Part shown: positions 46,708-58,421 of the stretch, piece by piece
Layout: each line of letters begins with the position of its first letter
Position numbering within the stretch: position 1 is the stretch's first letter
DNA from: Cyanidioschyzon merolae
Taxonomy: Eukaryota
DNA length: 64,000 nucleotides
Strand: one strand, 5' to 3'
Assembly (NCBI GenBank): GCA_000091205.1
Contig: AP006495.2
The notes under the pieces: generated by a model
Seen by the model: only the letters and a program-made list of their open reading frames with translations
Databases searched by the model: none
Told to the model about the DNA's origin: nothing
Program-made: the position numbers and the translations under genes

Positions 46708-47678
46708 TCCCAGCAACTGTCCGTTTCTTCAAGCACCGGAGCGATGGATGATCGTCACAGTCGATCCTATTTCTTATAACCCAGCAACTGTCCGTTTCTT
46801 CAAGCACTGGAGCGATGGATGATCGTCACGGTCGATCCTATTTCGTATAACCCAGCAACTGTCCGTATCTTAAAGCACTGGAGCGATGGATGATCGTCAC
46901 AGTCGATCCTACTTCTTACATCCCAGCAACTGTCCGTTTCTTCAAGCACTGGAGCGATGGATGATCGTCACGGTCGATCCTATTTCGTATAACCCAGCAA
47001 CTGTCCGTTTCTTAAAGCACTGGAGCGATGGATGATCGTCACAGTCGATCCTACTTCTTACATCCCAGCAACTGTCCGTTTCTTCAAGCACTGGAGCGAT
47101 GGATGATCGTCACAGTCGATCCTATTTCTTATAACCCAGCAACTGTCCGTTTCTTCAAGCACTGGAGCGATGGATGATCGTCACGGTCGATCCTATTTCG
47201 TATAACCCAGCAACTGTCCGTTTCTTAAAGCACTGGAGCGATGGATGATCGTCACAGTCGATCCTACTTCTTACATCCCAGCAACTGTCCGTTTCTTCAA
47301 GCACTGGAGCGATGGATGATCGTCACAGTCGATCCTATTTCTTATAACCCAGCAACTGTCCGTTTCTTCAAGCACTGGAGCGATGGATGATCGTCACAGT
47401 CGATCCTATTTCGTATAACCCAGCAACTGTCCGTATCTTCAAGCACTGGAGCGATGGATGATCGTCACAGTCGATCCTATTTCTTATAACCCAGCAACTG
47501 TCCGTTTCTTAAAGCACTGGAGCGATGGATGATCGTCACAGTCGATCCTATTTCGTATAACCCAGCAACTGTCCGTATCTTAAAGCACTGGAGCGATGGA
47601 TGATCGTCACAGTCGATCCTATTTCGTATAACCCAGCAACTGTCCGTATCTTAAAGCACTGGAGCGATGGATGATCGC
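46708..47678. repeat. Satellite array of about 13.7 copies of a 71-bp unit, with 2-3 unit variants in a partly periodic (about 213-bp) higher-order pattern
   Basis: Unit cccagcaactgtccgtttcttcaagcactggagcgatggatgatcgtcacagtcgatcctatttcttataa. Variants alternate ttcttcaag/tcttaaag, cacagtc/cacggtc and atttcttataac/atttcgtataac/acttcttacatc. Each unit carries a GATCG-7nt-CGATC inverted repeat. Confidence 0.9.
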
Positions 47679-48041
47679 CTGCGTATGTGGCGGTCAAACG
47701 ACGACGACGACGATGACGATCTGCGTCGCCATCGAGGTGGCGTTTCTACCTAGCGCCTGTCCGCCGTCGCTTAAACACTAGGTAGCCATTGCGTTTTCTG
47801 TACTCGTTGGAGGGGGACTTTGCTTGAACGGTGTTGGTAACGAACTGGGTCCAGGGCAGCAAGGTATTTCCCAAAAAGACGCTGGCTGAAAGACACTCGA
47901 ACACGTCAGTCAAGCGAGGACTTTGGACATAGTCCTTGTGGACGCAGAAGCAAACGAGCCTGGGTCTTTTTGCGTCGCGAGGCGTTACCGAGCGCATCGA
48001 CTACAGTCTGACGCACCCCTAGGATCGGAATAGTGACTTTA

Positions 48042-51000
48042 ATGGGGGATTTGGGTGAACATGCACCGTCGAATGGCTCCGCAAAGGATAGCGTTCGGCG
48101 CTATGTTGAGGAACACGGCGGTAGTAGACCAATTCAGCGCTTATTGGTCGCAAACAACGGAATCGCCGCCGTAAAGTGCATCCGATCAATGCGAAGATGG
48201 GCATACGAAGCGTTTGGTAGTGAACGAGCGCTGGAGTTTGTAGCAATGGCCACTCCCGAGGATGTTCAAGCCAACGCCGACTACATTCGCCTCGCTGACC
48301 TCTTCGTTCCCGTACCTGGGGGAAGCAACAACCACAACTACGCCAACGTGGAGCTCATCGTCGACATCGCGGAAAGGAACGAGTGCGATGCAGTATGGGC
48401 GGGTTGGGGTCACGCCAGCGAGAACCCGCTGCTGCCCGCTCGCCTTGCGGAGACTGGTATCGCATTCCTGGGACCGGATGCCATTGCCATGAGGGCGCTC
48501 GGCGACAAGATTTCGTCAACGTTGTTAGCTCAGTCTGCGGATGTTCCAGTCGTCAGCTGGAACGGTGATGACTTGAAGGTAACTTTTCACCGCGAGCGCG
48601 GCGGTATTGATGAAGAACGCTATCGCCGTGCCTGCGTTGCGAATGTCGACGAGGCTCGCGCTGCTGCCGATCGTATTGGCTACCCAGTGATGATTAAAGC
48701 CAGCGAAGGAGGCGGTGGCAAAGGCATCCGTCTTTGCCGTCGACCAGAGGATGTTCGAGATGCCTTTCGTCAGGTCGCCGGAGAGATTCCTGGCTCTCCG
48801 ATCTTCATCATGAAAATGGTGGATCAAGCGCGACACCTGGAAGTGCAGATTGTTGCCGATGAATACGGGCACGCGATAGCGCTATATGGGCGTGACTGCT
48901 CCGTGCAGAGACGGCATCAAAAGATCATCGAGGAAGGGCCAGTTACGGCAACGCCACCGCAGGTTTGGAAAGAGCTCGAACATGGAGCGGTGCGTCTTGC
49001 CAAAATGGTCGGTTACGTAGGTGCCGGCACTGTTGAGTATCTCTACGACGGTCGACGTTTCTATTTCCTGGAACTGAATCCGCGCTTGCAGGTGGAGCAC
49101 CCAGTAACCGAGTGGATCACTGGCGTGAACCTGCCTGCAGTCCAGCTGCAGATTGCCATGGGGATTCCGCTCCAGCGTATTGCAGCTATCCAAGCACTTT
49201 ACGGCAATAGACCGGACCTGGATCTCGAGCGACACCAGCCGAACCCGCCGCATGGCCACGTAATCGCCTGCCGCGTTACCGCAGAAAATCCCGAGGAAGG
49301 ATTCCAGCCGACAAGCGGCTCCATTCAGGAGCTTTCGTTTCGAAATACGCCCAATGTGTGGGGCTATTTCAGCGTCGGCGCCTGGGGTGGTGTCCACGAG
49401 TACGCTGACTCGCAATTCGGGCACCTTTTTGCCTGGGGTGCGGATCGCGAGATGGCCCGGAGGAATATGGTGCTGGCACTGAAAGAGCTCAGCATCCGCG
49501 GAGATATCCGCACAACGGTGGAGTATCTTATTACGTTGCTGGAGCTCGAATCGTATCGCGAAAATCGCATCCATACCCGTTGGCTGGACAACCTCATTGC
49601 CTCCAAAGTGAAACCAGAGCGACCGCCGTTCCATATCGCTGTTGTGCTTGGTGCAGTCCATCAGGCGTACAGAGCCTGGTCTGAGCGCCGGCGATCTTTT
49701 GTTGAGTCGCTGAGTCGCGGTCAAGTGCCGCAGCGTATTGACGCTACCTTCATAGAATTTCAGTTCGAGCTGATCTACGATGAGCTCAAGTACGCGCTCA
49801 TCGTCAGGCAAGCGGGTCCGAATGCCTTCCACGTCTCCCTAGCACAGCATCCCGAGGAACGGGTGCGTGTTGATTTCCGACCTCTGCTGGACGGTGGTCT
49901 CTTGATCATGTGCGATGGTCGCTCCTTCAATACTCACTCCAAGGAGGATTCCACTGGCATGCGTCTGAGCATCGACGGGCGAACCTGTGTGTTCCCAGGC
50001 GAAATGGACCCTACGCGCATTGCAGCACAGGCCTCGGGGCGTCTCGTCCGATACCTGGTTGCCAACGAGGAACACGTCGATCAGGGACAAGTCATTGCGG
50101 AGATTGAAGTCATGAAAATGTATCTGAGCGTGCAGGCTCCCGAACCGGGCACCATTCACTTGCTGAAACCAGCGGGAGCGGCCCTGGAGCCAGGCGAAGT
50201 TTTTGCGCAGCTCGATCTCGACGATCCGAGCAAAGTTCGACGGGTGACGCCATTTACTGGGCGCTTTCCGACAATGCTGCCTCCACAGCGACTGGGAAAG
50301 AAACCGCACCAGCGCTTTGAGAGCGCGAAACAGCAGATCGAAGCGCTCCTGGACGGCTACGATGTTGATATGGAGCCGCTCGGCATGCTTCTGCAGCTGG
50401 CGAGCACCGAACCGGCAGTACCGGCCGGGAAACTGCAGGAGGCGCTCTCTTTCCTAGCCGGTCGTATTCCGTCGACGTTGCATGCCGCCCTTCTAGGACA
50501 AGTTTTCGAACTGCGTTCCGTTGCTCGTGATGATCACGAGCGCCTCCAACAGCATTTCCGCGAAATGAAGCGCATGATCAGCGATTTCTGCGAGCAACTT
50601 GCCATCGCAGCGGACCGCGAGGCGCTGGAGGCTACCCTGCGCCCCCTGACCAGTATCCTGGAGGCGTATGTTCGCGGGGGCCTTCGCGGCTACCACGAGC
50701 ATCTCGTTGTATGCCTCATGCAACGCTATGTGAATACGGAGAAGTATTTTGCGCAAGGTCGGCGGCTCGATGAGGTTCTATTCGATCTGCGCGAACAACA
50801 CCGCGAGCACTTGGAAGTTGTTGCGGATATCATGCTCGCACATGCCCAGTTAGCGCGAAAGAACCAACTGATGCTCGCTTTGCTCGATCACATAGCCGCG
50901 GATGCATCGCTTCTGCGCAGTGTCATTGTCCGGCAGTGCCTTCACGAGGTGGCTGCGTTCATCCACCCCGACTATAGCCAACTGGCGCTGCGAGCAAGAC

Positions 51001-54000
51001 TCTTGCTGGCGAGTTCTCGTCGCCGAGCGCTCCCCGAACGTCGAGAGCGCCTCTGCAAGCAGATCGAACAGGCTGTACATGCGCCCACTGAAGAACAATG
51101 CTATCGTCTGTTGCACGCGGTGGTCGAGTCCCAGGAAAGCATCCTGGATGCGCTGGTGAGCCTAACCATGAACCCGGGGGTGCCGGTGGAGATTCGCAAA
51201 GCCGCTGTCCAGTGCCAGATCCTGCGGGCCTACAAAGCGTACCACGTGTACGATCTGGTTGTCGAACTTGACGAGGAACTGGGTTTCCTGCGGGCGTTGT
51301 GGCGTTTCCAGTATCGTTCAAACCTGAACGCTTTTGGTAGTCATTCCAGTATGCGGTCGTTTCCGGCGGCATTGGTGGCGGCGTCGGCTCCGCTAGCCCG
51401 CCGGCAGCTGCGTAGCTACGACTCTGCGGACAATTTGCAGAACTGGGGCTTTCGAGTCGGTATGTTGGTCGTCTTTGAGACGCTGCGGGCGATGGTGCAG
51501 GGTTTCGATCGTGTGCTCCAGGTTTTTCGAGCGGAAACCGGCGGCGAAACGCTGGCTTCGCCTCGTACCAAGTCGAGCGCCGCAGTCGATTCCAGTGCAG
51601 ACTCCAGTGCTGAAGGTATTGGTGTCAATGTACTGACCATCGCCATTCCCTGGACGGCCGTGGAGGTCGCTGATTTTGCGAAATACCTGGGCGTTGCAGA
51701 CGCGGACGACCGTCTGCAGGCAAGTAATGCGAACGACTCGGAGCAGGTTGTCGCCCTGCTCACGCGTTTCTGTCGCTCTTCCGCGGAGCGCAAAGCCTCG
51801 ATGCGCGCTGCCGGTATCAAACTTGTGACCTTTTTGGTGGCACCCGGTGAACTGTGCCAGCGCACGCTGGGCTCCAGTCTGCCTCGTGAAAGCACTTATC
51901 CGGGTTTCTATACGTTGCGGGCATCGCTCGAGTACGCCGAGGATCCCATTTATCGCCACATTGATCCACCAGCGGCTTTCCAGCTGGAGCTGAATCGATT
52001 GGCGAACTTTCGTATCACCCGCTTTGAACATCCGAACCGCTCCATTCACGTCTTCTACGCGGAAGATCGAACCGACAAGGGCGACGCTCGCTTCTTCGTG
52101 CGCGCTTTTGTACGGCAAGCGGAAGTCTACGCCAGTCCCAGCGATACAGCAGCGGTTTCGATCCCGGAAGCGGAGAGGACTTTTGTGGCCTGTCTGGATG
52201 CCTTGGAAACCGCCCGTTGTGATAGGCGCTTCCGACGAACGGACTTTAATCATCTCTTCTTGCACCTGATTCCCCGGGTCTCCATCGATGTGGATGACGT
52301 CGAGGCGATCTGTACGCGCCTCTTTTATCGGTTCTCCTCACGTTGCTGGCGTTTGCGCGTGTTCATGGTAGAGATCAAAGTCCATGTGGAAAAAATGGGC
52401 CCGAAACCGCTTCGATTTATTCTCTATAATCCAACCGGACACTCGTTACGCGTTGAAGGCTACGTGGAACAGGGAGATCGTCTCCTGTCGTTGGATTCCA
52501 GCGATCCGGGTCATTTACATGGTACACCCGTCGATGAGCCGTACCAGGTACTGAACCGTATCCAGCGCCGGCGAGTTGTTGCCCAGACGCTCGAAACAAC
52601 TTACGTCTACGATTACCAGGAGCTTTTCACCAAAGCACTCCATGAGCAGTGGCGGCGTTATTCGCAGGAACGACTTTTGGGAGGATTTCGCCGCCACAAG
52701 ATACCGCTGAAACTGCTGACCTGCACGGAGCTCGTTCTCCAGGATGAAGATCATGACGAGAGCGAGCTGATAGAGACCAACCGCCCCGCCGGGGAGAATG
52801 AAATCGGTATGGTCGCCTGGCGCTACACCTTCTTCACGCCCGAGTATCCCCAGGGTCGCGATGCGATCGTCATTGCCAACGATATCACGTACCTGAGTGG
52901 ATCGTTTGGACCTCGAGAGGATCGCCTCTTTGCCAAGGCGTCTCAGCAGGCGAGAAAGCTCGGTATACCGCGCATCTACATCGCTGCGAATAGCGGAGCC
53001 CGAATCGGCCTCGCGGAAGAACTGCGCAACGTCTTCCAAGTTCAGTGGAAGGATGCACATGACCCGAGCCGAGGCTTCGACTACCTCTACCTGGGACTGG
53101 CGGATAAGCTCAAGTACGAGGATGAACTCGGCATCGTGCGAACGCGAGACGTCGGCGGCGGCAAGTACGCTCTAGTTGATATCTATGGCGCTGAGGATGG
53201 CATTGGTGTCGAGAACCTCATGGGTTCAGCGTGCATCGCTGCCGAGACCTCAGCCGCCTACAATGACTGCTTCACCATCACGTACGTCGCAGCGCGCTGT
53301 GTGGGGATCGGTGCGTACCTCGTGCGCCTGGGGCAGCGCGTTATCCAGCGCGAGCACAATGCACCGATCATCCTCACTGGCTACTCAGCGCTGAATAAGC
53401 TTCTGGGTCGCGAAGTCTACACCAGCCACGAACAGCTGGGCGGTACGAAGATCATGTATCCGAACGGGGTTACCCATCTGCGCGTATCCAATGACTACGA
53501 GGGTGTTCGGGCAATTCTGGACTGGCTCGCTTTTGTGCCTCGTATGCAAGGGGAACGACCTCCGATGATCGACTCCATCGATGCTGTGGTACGCGAAGTC
53601 GACTACGATCCACGAGTGGCTAACGAGGATATTCGATACGCCATTGAAGGCAAGTGGGTCGGACCCTTCGCTCCCGACGGGGCAAGTGTGGTCTCGTCGT
53701 CGGGCTCGTCGGTGTCGTCCAATGGTCCGGTTGCGACAGGTGCGAGCGCTGGACTGCCGCCCGTCAACATGGAGAGTGTCGGCGGTGAAGTTCGGTATCG
53801 TTCGCGGTCGCGGACGGCTTCGTATGCGGGTGCGAATGCAGCAACAGCAGCAGCACCAGGAGCAAGTAGCTTGGCGACCTCTGGAGCGGCACTTGCGAAT
53901 GCTACGGGACGAGCAGCGGCTCGGGTGAGCCTCGTATCGACCAAGCCTGCAACCGGTGTCGAGGAGGTTCCCGCGGCGTTGCCTTCGGGTTCGAGTTCAC

Positions 54001-55447
54001 TGGCGCTCCGCTCGACCGCTGTCGCTGCGCCTGTACCTCAGGAGAGAGCAAAGACGGATGCGGATGCGGATGCGGATGCGGATGCGGATGCCTTGGAGGC
54101 CACTGGAACTGCCCGAGGCGCAGATACCAGCGGTGCTGGGGCGCACGCAAGCCCTGACACCCGGCAGCCGCCCACACTGGATGCCCTGAAGACTGCGAGG
54201 TTTGCACCAGCGCCCGCTGCATTGCCGACGACAGGTTTACGCTCGCCACCACAGTCCCCGGGTTCTGTTTCTGCGTATAGCCCGTTGGAGAGTGGCTCTC
54301 CATTGGAGCCGTCCCTTGACGAGGATCACATCGCTTTCACGGACACCGATCGGATGCGGATCGGGTCGCCTTTGGTACACGCGACCGACGCCTGGGATAC
54401 GAGCAACAGCGTTCACTCGAGTAGCGCGACGACGATGGCTGCAGGTGCCGTCCGGGGCTCGCGACTGTTCACTGCGTCATCGAGTACGTCGGCGGCTGCG
54501 GGAGCAAGCGCCAGCAATAGCAGCAACAACGGTAGCAGCAATGCGAATACGAATACCATGAACAATGCTGGGAGTAGCGTGGCATCGGCAGGCGCACCGC
54601 TCAACACCACCGGTAGCATCAATACCAATACCAATGCCAATGCCAATACCAACAATATCTTGGGTAGCGGTGGTGTTGGTGCGACAGCTTCGCTGACCGC
54701 TTGGAGCGGTAACCTTCCGCCGCTACCGTACGTTCCAAATACGCTCATGGTGGTGGACAACCAAGGGTACGTGTTCCTGGCAGGCCTCTTCGACCGTCAC
54801 TCGTTTCGAGAGACGCTCGCTGGCTGGGCGAAGTCCGTTGTGGTTGGTAGAGCACGCCTTGGTGGTATCCCCGTGGGCGTTATTGCGACACAGACGGTGA
54901 CCACAGAGAAGGTTATTCCCCCGGATCCAGCGGCGCCAGACTCGCGTGAGCTTCGTGAACAGCAGGCCGGTCAAGTCTGGTATCCAGATTCATCCTTCAA
55001 GACTGCCCAAAGTATTCGTGATTTTGATCGCGAGGGTTTGCCTCTGTTTGTTCTGGCCAGCTGGCGCGGTTTCTCTGGCGGAGCACACGACATGTTCCAG
55101 GAAATACTCAAGTTTGGTTCAGAGATCGTTGACGCGCTTCGCGAGTACTCGAAACCCGTCTTTGTGTACATACCACCGGGAGGCGAGCTTCGAGGCGGTG
55201 CCTGGGTCGTCCTCGATACCGCCATCAATCCCCGCTTTATCGAAATGTACGCCGATGAAAGTGCACGTGGTGGTGTGCTCGAACCTGCCGGTACCGTGGA
55301 TATCAAGTTCCGCACCAGAGATTTGCTGAAGACCATGCAGCGCCTGCTACCATCGTCTAGACGTGATGAGAGCGATTCGAGTGCGTCCGACGTTGTCGGC
55401 ATGCTGTCTTTGGACGCATCATCATCATCAGCAGCAGCAACAGCAGC

Positions 55448-55481
<34 letters not shown>

Positions 55482-56201
55482 GCAGGTACCGCTGGGACGT
55501 CCTCTTCGACTGCTGGGCGTAGCGAGTCGCGGGTCACAAAGTCAACGGCGGACGGCTTGCCAGCCTTCGAGGCAGACGGTCGGAGTTCGCTCGAGCAAAC
55601 ACTCTTGCCCATCTTTCAGCAGATAGCCATGACGTTTGCGGATCTGCACGATACAGCGGGTCGGATGCAACATAAGCGCGCGATTCGCCGAGTGGTACCC
55701 TGGCGAACAAGTCGCACGTTTTTCTACTGGCGCCTTCGACGTCGGCTCGCCGAGGAGGAACTGCGGAGTCGCGTTTCACAAGCGGATCCGCAACTCAGCG
55801 ACGCGGAGATCGATGCGCTGCTGCGGAAATGGGCAAGAGCACATGACCCCGCTCTGGACGGTGATATTTACGAACTTGATGATCCTCGTGTCGTGCAATG
55901 GCTCGAGGACGAATTGGATAGCCAGTTGGAGCGGCGTTTGCACAAACTCCGCGAAGCACGCGCCACCTGGCAAGCTGTGGAACTGGGGAATACAGCACCC
56001 GAGGCGTTGCTTGCGGCAATTGAGCGTATTCTCGTACAAATGGATGAAGTTGGTCGCAACGAATGGTTACGAACGCTTAGTGCGCGACTCGAGAACACCT
56101 CATCCGGTTTGGGTGATCTCGAGGCGCCCAGCTCGGGTGAGCAGGCCGCACCACGACGTGTCTTGTCGGGTCGTGGTCTGCTGCGACGCTTCCTCGGGTA
56201 G
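48042..56201 (+). CDS. ACC1: Cytosolic-type multidomain acetyl-CoA carboxylase (biotin carboxylase - BCCP - central - carboxyltransferase), about 2720 aa
   Basis: BC motifs NNGIAAVKCIRSMRRWAYE and EGGGGKGIR. Biotinyl-lysine motif EVMKMY. The CT domain (LAGLFDRHSFRETLAGWAKSVVVGRARLGGIPVGVIATQT...WRGFSGGAHDMF...IPPGGELRGGAWVV) aligns to yeast Acc1. The track start at 48033 is GTG; the ATG (MGDLGEH) is at 48042. Confidence 0.9.
54057..54092. repeat. (GATGCG)6 in-frame hexanucleotide repeat coding (DA)n within the ACC insertion
   Basis: gatgcggatgcggatgcg... read directly. Confidence 0.9.
55421..55486. repeat. (CAT)n/(CAG)n/(CAA)n trinucleotide tract coding SSSSAAATAATTTTTTTTTTT inside the ACC carboxyltransferase domain
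   Basis: catcatcatcagcagcagcaacagcagcaacaacaacaa... read directly. Confidence 0.9.
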
Positions 56202-56777
56202 TGCGCTACGACTCTGGAACGATTTGCGCGGGTTGCATCGGTGGTGTTGTCATCGTCGTCGACGCCGACGTCGATGGCAACGGCAGCCTCGTCCAGAGTC
56301 AGGAGTTTGCCGCGCGATGCTGTTTACCTATGGGGGCGTCGGGGAGCTTCCACGACGTTCGGTCGTGGAAAACATACATGGACGACAACGGAGCATTTTC
56401 GACGCTTGCGAACGCGCAAATGCACCAGCACAAGTCATAAACACGAAAAGAATCCGGGGTTTTCATTGCAACGATTCCGGCGAGGTACCCCAGCGGGCTC
56501 TGATCTGCAGAGGTGCTTGTCTAGACGTACGGCTACTCGAGTTGTCGCAGCGTCATGGACGTACTCGTCACGCAAATATGGTTTACGCTTGGGTTTCGGC
56601 TTCATTGCAGACGGCGTGCAGTGTCAACGCGCAAAGATACGCACACAAAGAAGCGCTTTGGTCTAGACGCGGGCATGGATGCTAGCACACCTCTCTAGAC
56701 GAACGAATTCGGTGCCGTGGACGAACCCCAGTACCTAGGTAGCTACACAAACGCGTACGCATGTCGATGCGTCGATG

Positions 56778-58421
56778 CTAGGGTTTATCAGGGCAAAGCG
56801 CATTGCAGCAAGCTGCTTGATCGGAAGCTCGCGAGCCCTGGTATCGATCGTAGTATCGAATACCACGTCCGTCAATGCGAACGAGGTAGTAGGTTCCGGG
56901 GAAGAGTTCCTCCAACGGTTCGGAGGGCTCGTAATCACAGGCGCCGTAGTTCTGTTCGCGAAGACGAAGCGTCTCATGAAAACAAGCAGGCGACGTCGGT
57001 ATCCGTGCTCCTAGTCGTTCTATGAGACCAACTCGTCGAAGAAGCGCCTCCGGAGAGGCCACGACCCGCATGGCGTACATTGACGCTGCCATGCCGCTGC
57101 CAAAACCGAAAAGAACCACCCGTTTGCCGAGTGTACGATCCCTCTCGGCATCGAGTAAGCACAGTAAATTACCAAAAAGCGAGGCGGTGTACGCGTTGCC
57201 GGTTTGTCGAGCCAGCGTCGTCGACGGAGCACACTTGGCGCGATACAGTGGCTCCGAGCATTCAAGCACGAGCTGCATCAGGGTTCGATCCCAGTAGGTT
57301 GACGGTGGCGGTACGCACACACCAGTCGGGTTCAGGTGCGCAGGGAGGCGTTTCAGCTTGGCAAGTTGCGCACGTAACGCACCCGATACGGCACGATGCT
57401 GTGAAGCCAGTTCAGGATAGCGCAAGTAGTCGTTGAGCACGAGTCGCGCAAACGATTTGCGCACCAGTTTGTTGAATGGTGCATGGAAAACCACATAATC
57501 GAGTTGCGTTGCGTCGGCATCCGCGACCGGTGTCACCGAAGGCTCAGCAAAAGCGGTGCTTGTCAGCAGGGTGCATCGAAGCGACTGTTGTTCGGTGACC
57601 TGCTCGGCACCGGGTCGACCGCTGGTTTCCGCCAGCCATACTCGTGTGCGTCGAGTCTGCTGCTCGACTCGTCCAGTAAACCTGGTGTAACAGATATCGA
57701 GTGCTCTAAAATAGCAAGCAATGCTTTCCGTGCCATTCACAATAGGATACTCTGTATCCTGTCGACGAGCAGGCTTGAAAAAGTCCCATGTGTTTTCAAA
57801 ATGGCTACTTTTAAGGCCCGGTTCCAGCACCAGGATGGGCTCTAGCTGCGGGTAGCGTTGGGGCTGCGCTCGACCAATGAGGAGCGCGACTGCGCCCGCT
57901 CCACCGGTTGCTCTCGCTGGTCCGCGCGGATACACGGCAATATCGCCGCACACCACGAGCCCGAAGCGACCATCAAAGAGGGTACAGCTCTCGCACCAAG
58001 CGATGGTGTTGAAGAGGGCATTGGTACCAGCGTAGCAGGCGTTGGTAGAATCGATGCCTTCGACCTCAAAGTTGCCGCTCTGTTCAAAGAGGGACATGAG
58101 CGCCGTCTTGATCGACTTGGCTCGATCGATGATGGTCTCGGTGCCGACCTCGAGCCTGCCGATGTCGTTGTATTCAATTCGGTATTTCTCCATGAGCGTC
58201 TGCACGACTGTCATGCACATCGAGCGCACATCCTCGCGATCGCCACAGAACGACATGGCTTGTTGTCCCAAACCGATGGTGTATTTCCCAGGGGTGACGC
58301 CGTCGAAGCTCTCCAGCGCCCGTTGATCGACATATTTGCGTGGGAAGTATACTTCAATGGCCAGAATACCTACCGGATCAAAGGTGGAGACTGAAGGAGC
58401 CAAAAGCTGCGCTTGTCGCAT
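56778..58421 (-). CDS. HMGCS: Hydroxymethylglutaryl-CoA synthase (mevalonate pathway)
   Basis: ILAIEVYFPRKYVDQRALESFDGVTPGKYTIGLGQQAMSFCGDREDVRSMCMTVVQTLMEKYRIEYNDIGRLEVGTETIIDRAKSIKTALMSLFEQSGNFEVEGIDSTNACYAGTNALFN is near-identical in pattern to the animal and fungal HMGCS N-terminal half, including the catalytic NAC. I chose the MRQAQLL start (18 aa before the conserved block); the track ORF extends to 58595. Confidence 0.85.
   Translation of the reverse strand: MRQAQLLAPSVSTFDPVGILAIEVYFPRKYVDQRALESFDGVTPGKYTIGLGQQAMSFCGDREDVRSMCMTVVQTLMEKYRIEYNDIGRLEVGTETIIDRAKSIKTALMSLFEQSGNFEVEGIDSTNACYAGTNALFNTIAWCESCTLFDGRFGLVVCGDIAVYPRGPARATGGAGAVALLIGRAQPQRYPQLEPILVLEPGLKSSHFENTWDFFKPARRQDTEYPIVNGTESIACYFRALDICYTRFTGRVEQQTRRTRVWLAETSGRPGAEQVTEQQSLRCTLLTSTAFAEPSVTPVADADATQLDYVVFHAPFNKLVRKSFARLVLNDYLRYPELASQHRAVSGALRAQLAKLKRLPAHLNPTGVCVPPPSTYWDRTLMQLVLECSEPLYRAKCAPSTTLARQTGNAYTASLFGNLLCLLDAERDRTLGKRVVLFGFGSGMAASMYAMRVVASPEALLRRVGLIERLGARIPTSPACFHETLRLREQNYGACDYEPSEPLEELFPGTYYLVRIDGRGIRYYDRYQGSRASDQAACCNALCPDKP

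Noticed and set aside
46708-47678. Regularly spaced 71-bp direct repeats that superficially resemble a CRISPR array.
   Set aside because: The units abut head to tail with no unique spacers. The context is eukaryotic nuclear DNA with no cas genes, so this is a satellite/minisatellite.
53680-54725. The ACC low-complexity segment as a spliceosomal intron.
   Set aside because: About 350 codons stay in frame with no stop in GC-rich sequence, where about 9 would be expected by chance. No GT...AG boundaries are evident at the conserved-block edges. I kept it as a coding insertion, but flagged that transcript data would decide.
57270-57300. tRNA-like T-arm sequence cagGGTTCGATCCCag.
   Set aside because: It lies inside the HMG-CoA synthase coding region. 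The flanking bases do not form the T-stem, and no acceptor or anticodon arms could be built, so it is a chance match.
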